From sequence record SRR2962707_917: a stretch of 52,030 nt of DNA; one strand, written 5' to 3'. The notes beneath the pieces were generated by a model that did no database searches, had not been told where the DNA came from, and was given only the letters and a program-made list of their open reading frames with translations. The position numbers and the translations under genes are program-made. Each line of letters begins with the position of its first letter. The first letter of the stretch is position 1. Below, piece after piece: positions 40,998 through 49,173 of the stretch.

Positions 40998-42247
40998 GAT
41001 ACGCTCTTTTCTGGACGTTTGGAGGGAGACGGCTTGCCGTCGGCATAAGAGGTGAACAACTCGGACAACCATTTGGCTTCGGAATGAATATTGTAGTCAC
41101 TTGAAACCCTCTCCCGGCCCGCAGCGCCCATGCGTTTTCGCCCCGCAGGATCGGTCAATATCGCCTCTAATGCAGACGAAAGCTGATTGACGTCGCCAGG
41201 GGACACCAAAACTCCGACCTCTCCGTCCGCCACCAGTTCTGGAACGCCTGCAATCTTCGTGGTGATCACCGGAACTTGCGCGGCCATGGCCTCCATCAAC
41301 ACCACCGGGACGCCCTCAGCAAAACTTGGCAAAACAAACACATCCGTGTCCTGTAATGCCTCGGCAACTTCGGTTTGAGACTTGTACCCAACAAACGTAA
41401 CTACGCCGTCCAATCCCATGTCACGCGATTGCCGTTCCAAATCGGCACGTTCCGGGCCATCACCGATCAGGGTCAAGCGCATGTCCGGCAAACGATCCTT
41501 GAGAATTGCCAAAGCGTCCAGCAAGACCGGCACACCTTTGACACCAGCCAATCGACCAACAAACAGCAGATGCTGGGCGTTGTGTTTTGGAGGTGTCGCA
41601 TAGCGATCCGGTTCCACACCGCAATGCACGATGTGAAATCTGTCCCAATGAGCCTGATCTGCAAAGCACATCAATTGCGACCGGCAATAGTCACTGATAC
41701 AGGCAACAAAGGCCGCTTTCGCCGCTTTTTCATCGATCCGCCAATGATGCGGCTCAAAGAAAATATCCGGCCCGTGAATGGTAAAGCTATAGGGAATCCC
41801 GCTAAGCGCATTGACCAGCATTGCAACGGTACAAGATGCCTTTGCGATATGGTTATGAAGATGCTCAACCTCTTCATCGGCCAAATGAGCCGCAAGAACC
41901 CCCGCTTCCAAAAAATAGAACAGCTGAAAAAGCCGGCCGCGAATACCTTTTGGTGCCGTCGACCAAGCCAAACGCAAAGCGGATAGATATCGCTTCGGGG
42001 ACTTCATCCAACGCAAATGCGCTTTCAACAGTGACACCGGGTTCTTGGCGGTTTGAAGAATTTGGAACGTCCGTGCGTGTTCGTCTCGTTGTTCAGGACC
42101 AACAAGGTGCTCCGGCCCGGTGCGACGGATCGAACAGGTCAACACGTCATGCCCCAACGCCCGGAGTTCTGCCACTTCTCGTTGAATGAAGGTGTCAGAC
42201 GCCCGAGGATATTCCCCAGTCAAATAGGCCAGCTTGGGCAGGCTCAT
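40994..42247 (-). CDS. GT4 glycosyltransferase (WcaL/EpsE-like)
   Basis: YPRASDTFIQRE, FTIHG, VGRLAGVKG, EGVPVVLMEAMA. Confidence 0.9.
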   Translation of the reverse strand: MSLPKLAYLTGEYPRASDTFIQREVAELRALGHDVLTCSIRRTGPEHLVGPEQRDEHARTFQILQTAKNPVSLLKAHLRWMKSPKRYLSALRLAWSTAPKGIRGRLFQLFYFLEAGVLAAHLADEEVEHLHNHIAKASCTVAMLVNALSGIPYSFTIHGPDIFFEPHHWRIDEKAAKAAFVACISDYCRSQLMCFADQAHWDRFHIVHCGVEPDRYATPPKHNAQHLLFVGRLAGVKGVPVLLDALAILKDRLPDMRLTLIGDGPERADLERQSRDMGLDGVVTFVGYKSQTEVAEALQDTDVFVLPSFAEGVPVVLMEAMAAQVPVITTKIAGVPELVADGEVGVLVSPGDVNQLSSALEAILTDPAGRKRMGAAGRERVSSDYNIHSEAKWLSELFTSYADGKPSPSKRPEKSVS

Positions 42248-43209
42248 TGGACACCCTCCTTAATCGCGTTTTTAATATTGTCATCAAAGCTGATCGGAAT
42301 TGGGGCGCCTAATGCAGAATGCAGCCCGATGTTGGGCCAAAGCAAGGGCATGACACGAGCGCGGATTATCCGTTCCTGAAGTAAACCCGGCAGCTTATCC
42401 TGAAGAGGAGCAAGGAGCTTGGACAAGATCAGCCAAAACTTCCAAGGTGTTGGAAGCACGATTTTCGGCCATCCAGCAATGGCACGATGCACTTTTAGAA
42501 ACCGCTGACGTGTTGGGCGGTCGTCATCAAGGATATTCACCCCACGTTGCCCCGACGGATCTGTCATGGCCGCGCGAACCAAAGCCCACGCAACAAGATC
42601 GACATGGCACAATGGCAGCTCACCATCGGAATTGATCTGAATGTGCAAAGGACCGGCCCAAGCCCCCATCAACGCGTGCCAAGACCTTCCTGGTCCATAA
42701 ACCGCACCTGGCCGCATCATCCAAAGATCTTCGCGGCGCGCCATACACAAGAGCTCTTGTTGCACCTTTCCGGCTGTATAGGTGTCACGCGCCGATTCTG
42801 CGCTGGCCATCGGACTGGTTTCAATCACTTCCTGACCCGGAGACAATTGATCGGTGTCATAAACAACGATTGAGCTGACAAGAACCAGGCGGGCTTTTGA
42901 ACCTTCCATCGACACCAAAACCGTCTCTGTTCCAGCCAAAGTGTCCCTTTGGACAGCCTGAGCGTCACCACCCAAATGAGCGGCGGCATGAATAACAGCT
43001 CCGCAGGTCGCAATAGCTTTGGCCAAAACCGGCACGGCCTCTGCAAGCGCAAGATCCGCTTTGACCACCGAAATCCCGCTGTCCTTCTGCCAGTCATCTG
43101 GCGTTGCACCTCGGGCGATCGCGACCACCTCGAGCCCGGTTTTGCGCGCCTCAACAACACAGCGTTGCCCGATGAAACCCGTGGCACCAGTGATCAGAAC
43201 ACGTGTCAT
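42244..43209 (-). CDS. NAD-dependent epimerase/dehydratase (extended SDR)
   Basis: ITGATGFIG, VSSIVVY, YTAGK, RPGAVYGPG; ATGA overlaps at both ends. Alternative start at 43218. Confidence 0.87.
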   Translation of the reverse strand: MTRVLITGATGFIGQRCVVEARKTGLEVVAIARGATPDDWQKDSGISVVKADLALAEAVPVLAKAIATCGAVIHAAAHLGGDAQAVQRDTLAGTETVLVSMEGSKARLVLVSSIVVYDTDQLSPGQEVIETSPMASAESARDTYTAGKVQQELLCMARREDLWMMRPGAVYGPGRSWHALMGAWAGPLHIQINSDGELPLCHVDLVAWALVRAAMTDPSGQRGVNILDDDRPTRQRFLKVHRAIAGWPKIVLPTPWKFWLILSKLLAPLQDKLPGLLQERIIRARVMPLLWPNIGLHSALGAPIPISFDDNIKNAIKEGVQ

Positions 43210-44330
43210 TTCGCCCATGTCATTGGCTCCATAGGATCACAGCGAGTGGTCATGGACTGTGCGCCCGAATGCTCTCCCGCGTTTTGAATGGCCAAGGTCA
43301 CTTCGGTCATATGTAACGCGAACTCGTTGGACAAACGACAGGGGCGGTTTTCCTCTAATGCGTCAAACATCTCGGTCGGGCCTAAAAGGAAATTCATTTC
43401 CGCGGCCCCCCAACGTTCCACCTTAGGATGGGTGTCTTTGCCGAGTTTGATCCGTTTCTTAAGCGGGCTTTCCAAAAGGCGACGCCGAATGGACATCCGT
43501 CTTGCATATTTTATCTTGGCCGAGTTGCTCCATGATGCATCACAAGACAAAACACCTTTGTCGCCGATCACGCGGATTTGGTGGTTATGAGGGGCCACTA
43601 TTGAGCATGTCAGCCGTGTCACGGGGCCTTTTTCAAAGAACAACGTCGCAACCGATAAGTCTGGAGCCATCGGCCCATCGCCAACTTTGTTCGGGATCGT
43701 TTCCGCCGAGGCGGCCACGACCGTTCGGACAGAACCGAACCACGCGATCAACCACCCAAGATAATACCCTGCGTGCTCCAAGGTACAGCCAACCTTAAAT
43801 TCATCTAAGTAGGGCCAAGCGACACCTGTTTCCGAAAGCCATTTCTTGTAAGCAGCTTGTGGCACAAAACCGTCATCCAGTTCGGCATAAATGGCTCTTG
43901 GTGTGCCAGCGATATCGTTCCGGATGGCATGTCCGAGCGTTTGCGCAGCTTCGCCCAAAGTCGAGCACGGCGCGGATGACAACATAAGGCCCTTTTCCGC
44001 TGCTAGCTCATATAAATCTTTGGCTTCCTCGACGGTCATCGCCAAGGGCTTTTCGGAATACACATGATGACCTGCATTCAAGCAAGACTGGTTTACGTCA
44101 AAATGTGCGCTTGGATTGGTCAGGTTGAGCACAACGCCACCTGACGGAAAGTCAGCCAGAAGCTCGTTCTGACTAGCGGCGGCGGACACGTTCCAAAATT
44201 CGCAGAACGTCCGAAGCCGTTCAGCATCGATGTCATATATACCATGAACTTGAATATCCGGGAAAGTCTTGAGCGACCTCATATAAAGGTCCGCGACAAA
44301 ACCACATCCGATGATGGCGATCTTCCGCAT
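43206..44330 (-). CDS. Gfo/Idh/MocA family oxidoreductase
   Basis: AIIGCGFVA Rossmann motif, HVYSEKPL. Confidence 0.87.
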   Translation of the reverse strand: MRKIAIIGCGFVADLYMRSLKTFPDIQVHGIYDIDAERLRTFCEFWNVSAAASQNELLADFPSGGVVLNLTNPSAHFDVNQSCLNAGHHVYSEKPLAMTVEEAKDLYELAAEKGLMLSSAPCSTLGEAAQTLGHAIRNDIAGTPRAIYAELDDGFVPQAAYKKWLSETGVAWPYLDEFKVGCTLEHAGYYLGWLIAWFGSVRTVVAASAETIPNKVGDGPMAPDLSVATLFFEKGPVTRLTCSIVAPHNHQIRVIGDKGVLSCDASWSNSAKIKYARRMSIRRRLLESPLKKRIKLGKDTHPKVERWGAAEMNFLLGPTEMFDALEENRPCRLSNEFALHMTEVTLAIQNAGEHSGAQSMTTRCDPMEPMTWAK

Positions 44331-44641
44331 CAAATTGCCCTCGGGCGCATGATTACAGTGTGCCGCCTACGTTCCCGCAGGAAAGCCCTAAAATTGCTTA
44401 TCATTTTGCCTCTACTCGTCAGTCAGATTACCGCCTATTCTTACCCTTTCAACAAACAATCGTGACGACAATTCGGCGAATCTTCGCCATTTGCTGCAAC
44501 AGCGAAGTAATTTTTTCATTTTGTTGTATATTCGTTTGGTTGTGTACATCTGGCCACGACAATTCATGAATGTTGCCGCGATTTCGCCCGACTTATTTAT
44601 TACTTTATTTAAAGAGCAAAACTATGGGGCAAGAGCTTAGC

Positions 44642-45400
44642 ATGAGATTCAATTTCGGAACGACCTTGATCCGGGTGAATGTCCCGACTTGGACGGCGAT
44701 GAGGCAAGATGTGCGTGCGAAACTGCGCGACAAAAAGGGCTTTGCTCTTGCGACGATCAATTTGGATCACCTGGTTAAGCTTCAGGCTTCGCCCAAATTT
44801 CGTGAAGCCTATTCCGCGCAAGATATGATCGTTGCAGATGGCAATCCTATTGTCTGGATGTCGCGACTTGCCCGTCGGCCCGTTGAACTGATCCCCGGTT
44901 CAGAGGCGATTTTACCCTTGGCGCAAATTGCAGCCCAGGAAAATGTCGGAATTGCACTGGTTGGAAGTACCGATGAATCGTTAGCAGCTTCGACCGACTA
45001 TCTGGAACGCGAAGTTCCCGGTTTGAAGGTGGTTTGCAAGATTGCGCCCCCCTTTGGTTTCGATCCTGACGGAGAGACTGCATCAGACATCTTTGACCAG
45101 ATATCTGCCTCTGACGCGGGGCTGTGTTTCATTGCCCTTGGCGCGCCGAAACAAGAGATCTTCGCAGCGGCAGGGCGCAAAAATGCCCCCAATGTTGGAT
45201 TTGTCAGCATTGGCGCCGGATTGGACTTTTTTGCCGGAACACAAAAGCGTGCTCCAACTTGGGTCCGGCGTTTGGCGGTGGAATGGCTTTGGCGGGCTGC
45301 GCTAAATCCGCGTCGGTTGGGCATGCGCTACGTCAAATGCTTGGCGATCTTACCAGGTCAGACGCTGCGCGCGTTCGCACTTCGGTTTTCCCGCATCTAG
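44642..45400 (+). CDS. WecB/TagA/CpsF (GT26) glycosyltransferase
   Basis: TINLDH, VADGNPI, PPFG, ALGAPKQE, GAGLDFFAG...RAPTW...EWLWR...PRRL. Start uncertain. Confidence 0.9.
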   Translation: MRFNFGTTLIRVNVPTWTAMRQDVRAKLRDKKGFALATINLDHLVKLQASPKFREAYSAQDMIVADGNPIVWMSRLARRPVELIPGSEAILPLAQIAAQENVGIALVGSTDESLAASTDYLEREVPGLKVVCKIAPPFGFDPDGETASDIFDQISASDAGLCFIALGAPKQEIFAAAGRKNAPNVGFVSIGAGLDFFAGTQKRAPTWVRRLAVEWLWRAALNPRRLGMRYVKCLAILPGQTLRAFALRFSRI

Positions 45401-45549
45401 TCGCCAACAAGGGCTCATTGAAAAACGCGTTTTTGCCAAACTTACAAATCTTTCTAGGCATGCTAATACACTGAAACAAACAAGCAGTTGGTTTCCATTC
45501 TTTTTTCTGCAAAATCACTCACATACCCCTTTGCCTGAGGAATAGTTTT

Positions 45550-46050
45550 TTGTCCCATGAGAACAAAATCTCTGCTGAAACGCCAGATTGGAGCCGTGAA
45601 GCCATTAGGCGGTTTTGGGATCCCGCCGGCAAGCTACTCCGCTCGATCAGACGGTATCAGGCCTGCCAGAACTCTGGCGGCTTGATTGGCAAAATTGGGT
45701 CGAAATATTGGGCGCTGAACCATTTGTTCTGGTCCACAATTACACAAAGCGAGATCCACTTGAACATGGAGCTTGGTGGCGGGCTCTTGCTGGTGCATCC
45801 GACGGGAATTATCATTCATCCTGACGCCAAAATTGGCCCAAATTGTCTCATTTTTCAGCAAGTGACATTGGCAGGCCCGGTTACCTTGGGCGGGCATGTC
45901 GATATTGGCGCGGGTGCAAAGATTTTGAACGGTGTCACGATTGGCGATCATTCTGAAATCGGTGCCAATGCCGTTGTCACAAAAGATGTCCCAGCCGGCG
46001 TTGTGATGGCCGGTAGTCCCGCCAGACAGATTGGCGTGCGGCCAGACTAA
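45550..46050 (+). CDS. Left-handed beta-helix O-acetyltransferase (CysE/WcaB-like)
   Basis: Hexapeptide repeats HPTGIIIHPDAKIGPNCLI, IGAGAKI, IGANAVVTKDVP...AGSPAR; TTG start after GAGGAA. Confidence 0.85.
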   Translation: MSHENKISAETPDWSREAIRRFWDPAGKLLRSIRRYQACQNSGGLIGKIGSKYWALNHLFWSTITQSEIHLNMELGGGLLLVHPTGIIIHPDAKIGPNCLIFQQVTLAGPVTLGGHVDIGAGAKILNGVTIGDHSEIGANAVVTKDVPAGVVMAGSPARQIGVRPD

Positions 46051-47372
46051 TAGAAGTCCGGTTTCGCTTGGCTTGGATCAAGACACCACCGATAGACATC
46101 GGCCACTTGTTCTGCCTTTTTCCGCCATGTGAAGTGACTTTGCACCCGCTGACGCGCTGCTTTGCTTGTTTCATCCAACACCGTTGGATCAGCGGATAAT
46201 CTTGTCAGCTCTGACTGGAAACCATCAATGATTTCCTGACGCGTCCCGCACGGAACTTTGAAACCTGTTCCCGAAATGACCAGTTCGCCCGGGCCGGCAT
46301 AGTCAACAATCAACGGCGTTACACCCAGCGCCATGGCCTCTAGAACGACACCGCCGCCAAATTCACGGATCGAAGGGAAAGACAGGATATGGCATTTCGC
46401 CATAACATCTTGAACGGTTTCATGTGCCATCCAGCCATGAAAAGTGATCGCTTCAGAGAGCCCCGCGCCTTCTGCCTGTGCTTTTAGCGCGTCCATCATT
46501 GGGCCATCACCGATCAAATCCAATGTCATGCGACCATCTCGCAACAATGGCTCCGCCGCGGCGATCAGCATATCCGCACCCTTGTAGGGCACCAGACGTC
46601 CTACGAAACAAGCCCGCAAAGGTTTTTCGACAGGGGTCGCCACCCTGTTGAAACGCTCCGGATCAATGGCATTCTCCGGCATGTAGATCAGCTTATCCAC
46701 GCAGCTAGCGGGCATTTCGCTGGCCGTGTGCCGCGAACCAACCAAGATTGCGCTCGAATTGCGTATCGTAGAAGCCCGACCCGGCAGTAATTTATAGGCG
46801 GACCGCAAATAGCTGAGCCATTCTTTTTCGCGGCGACGCTCTGCATCAAAAGAAGCTGGCCAAGGGACCCCACCATTCAACGGTCCAAGGACAAAGGGCA
46901 CTCCCGCCCGCGCACATTTTCGAGCCAGACTGCTTGAAATCGTGGGGCTAAGCGGCGTCACACGATGAACGATATCAAAATCGCCTCGCTTGATCGCAGG
47001 GCCGAACTGTTTCCAAACAAGATGCTCAAAATACGGATAGCTTATCGCATTGATCGCCTGCAAAGTTGTCCAGCCTTTGCCCTCACCCATCCGCAGTTTT
47101 TCGGCCAATGCCCACATGGGACGCGCGAAAGTCTCAGAATCGATGGCGGTAAAGTCGACGTTTTCGACCAGACCAGCACGCAAAATCGCGTCACGATTCC
47201 GCGTTTGTGTCACAAGATGAACGTCGGCGACGTCGCGCAACGCATGTGCGAGTGACCAACCAACCAACGGCACGCTAACCCACTCGGGGTTTGCGGCCTC
47301 GGCGATTACAAGAACGCGTGGTTTTCGATTTGGTGAAACGTTTTCTTGAGGTGTCAAAGGATGGACTGCCAC
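46047..47372 (-). CDS. GT4 glycosyltransferase
   Basis: FVGRLVPYKG, PSIREFGGGVVLEAMALG. Confidence 0.9.
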   Translation of the reverse strand: MAVHPLTPQENVSPNRKPRVLVIAEAANPEWVSVPLVGWSLAHALRDVADVHLVTQTRNRDAILRAGLVENVDFTAIDSETFARPMWALAEKLRMGEGKGWTTLQAINAISYPYFEHLVWKQFGPAIKRGDFDIVHRVTPLSPTISSSLARKCARAGVPFVLGPLNGGVPWPASFDAERRREKEWLSYLRSAYKLLPGRASTIRNSSAILVGSRHTASEMPASCVDKLIYMPENAIDPERFNRVATPVEKPLRACFVGRLVPYKGADMLIAAAEPLLRDGRMTLDLIGDGPMMDALKAQAEGAGLSEAITFHGWMAHETVQDVMAKCHILSFPSIREFGGGVVLEAMALGVTPLIVDYAGPGELVISGTGFKVPCGTRQEIIDGFQSELTRLSADPTVLDETSKAARQRVQSHFTWRKKAEQVADVYRWCLDPSQAKPDFY

Positions 47373-48799
47373 TTCGGTTCAACTAAGGGCTCGTGTTCGG
47401 CGACAGATTCGCCCTGAACGGCTTGCCGGGTTTCTTTCTTGAGTCTTGCGGCGCGCAACGCTTCTGCATAGCCCGTCAGGGCACCGGCCATTATCCAGGT
47501 CAAAGGCGTCAGCGTCGCATTTGGAAGCAAATCGGATACGTTGATCGCAAGAAGTAAGGCCATGGGCGCGACTAGAAACGATACATTTTTGGATCTCGCA
47601 CCCGCAGATTCGAACAAGATCAGGAATATTGGTAAGGTCAGCAGTCCGAATTCCGCCAGGAAGCCAACCCAGCCATAGACACCAATCACAATGATCCAAC
47701 GACCATCCGTGATCGTCTGCAAGGCACCGGTAATCGGATCAAGAATGTGGTTACGACCCCAGCTTCCCCATCCGAAAATGGGTTTTTCATAGGCCCGTTC
47801 CAAAAGGATGTTTTCGTTCTGAAAGCGGAATCTAAGGGACGCGGCGCGTTGTTCCTGCACCGCTGCGGCCTGTTCAAGAAACTTCTCTTCCGGGATAAGG
47901 TTGGCCCCCTTAAGAACAGGATAACCAACGGCCAAAACCGCAATCAAGGCCGCCACTTTGATCTGCGTTCGTGGACCCGTAAAGATCACCAGCGGCAGCA
48001 GGATTGCCGCAAAGATCCAGGCCCCCAGGGATTTTGCCAAAAATAAGATGATCAGCAAATAGATCCCTGCAGCAAAGAACTTAGCATTTGGTTTTGCAAG
48101 ATCAGCTTTGCTTGCACGCCAAAGGGAAAAGGCGGCAATCAACGCCATCATACAATAAAATGCGACCCAAATGCCGTGGTACAAAAACACCACCGGACGG
48201 TAGCCGCCAAAGCGGACCGATTGGCCAAAGAAGTGCTGGAAATAGCCGTAAACCCAAAGATTCAACTGCGGCGAAACTCTGATTTCAATGAGCATTAATA
48301 GAGAGTAAACCAGCCCCCCCACCATCAAGGCGCGCATCAATTCCCACTGGGACTCTCTCGTGCGCAAGAATTGACGGGCCAAAAGGAAGGGCAAGATCAT
48401 AAGAAATTGTTGAAGGATCAGCGCAAGCGCATCCTTCAACCCAAGACCGGGCAAGCCGACCTGACCAAAAAACACGGGTGCGCCATTATTCAAAGCCGTC
48501 ATGATGGGCGAAAAAATGTAGACGATTAGCAGCGTTTTTCCGACGATCGAACTGGGCATCCAAGGCTCCACCGCATCGCTTCGGTAGAGCACAATGAAAA
48601 ACGCTGTGAGTGAAGGTATGGTGTGTTTATCAAGCGGAGGAAGAACCGGAAGGTCAAAGGCAGCCGGATACTCCGGTAGAAAAAGATAGGCCACCAATAG
48701 CGTAAGAATGAGCGCACGGTCCGGTTTGTGCCGGCGAAACAAAATCACCGTCACGATGGGCCATATGGCCAAAGCCAAATATGCCAGTGCATTGGGCAT
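47354..48799 (-). CDS. Wzy polymerase / O-antigen-ligase-like membrane protein
   Basis: Many TM helices; GYRPVVF...HG, KSLGA, SLRFRF, KPIFGWGSWG, GVYGWVG resemble Wzy_C/WaaL loop motifs. Confidence 0.7.
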   Translation of the reverse strand: MPNALAYLALAIWPIVTVILFRRHKPDRALILTLLVAYLFLPEYPAAFDLPVLPPLDKHTIPSLTAFFIVLYRSDAVEPWMPSSIVGKTLLIVYIFSPIMTALNNGAPVFFGQVGLPGLGLKDALALILQQFLMILPFLLARQFLRTRESQWELMRALMVGGLVYSLLMLIEIRVSPQLNLWVYGYFQHFFGQSVRFGGYRPVVFLYHGIWVAFYCMMALIAAFSLWRASKADLAKPNAKFFAAGIYLLIILFLAKSLGAWIFAAILLPLVIFTGPRTQIKVAALIAVLAVGYPVLKGANLIPEEKFLEQAAAVQEQRAASLRFRFQNENILLERAYEKPIFGWGSWGRNHILDPITGALQTITDGRWIIVIGVYGWVGFLAEFGLLTLPIFLILFESAGARSKNVSFLVAPMALLLAINVSDLLPNATLTPLTWIMAGALTGYAEALRAARLKKETRQAVQGESVAEHEPLVEPKWQSIL

Positions 48800-49173
48800 A
48801 CGGGTTACAAACACTCCACTCACATTCACCACCCAATCGGGCGTCTTTAATGCTTGTTAAAGATAAAAAAGGGCGAAGTCGTGGAGTCTATGTAACAAAT
48901 CCGCGACCAGGCCACATTTCAGGGGATTTTACTCATCCAAATTTTTGCCTGTGCGGCTTTTCCTATCACTTATCGCACAGGACATCTGAGGTTTTGGCAG
49001 TGCACTCGCGGTCATGACGATCGCCAGCCAGCCCAACCCAAATTCTTAGGGCTCGACGTCATTCTACCCAGTCTTTGGAGGGGAAACATAGGGTTCACGT
49101 CTCTCTTCTTGCCGGAGCGCAAGTTTTCTGCAACATTGATACAGCATTGATACACCTAAAGGCGGCCTCTCTT

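Noticed and set aside
45550-46050. Calling the acetyltransferase cysE (cysteine biosynthesis)
   Set aside because: Only 166 aa, lacking the N-terminal helical domain of CysE, and lies among GTs; a polysaccharide O-acetyltransferase is more likely.
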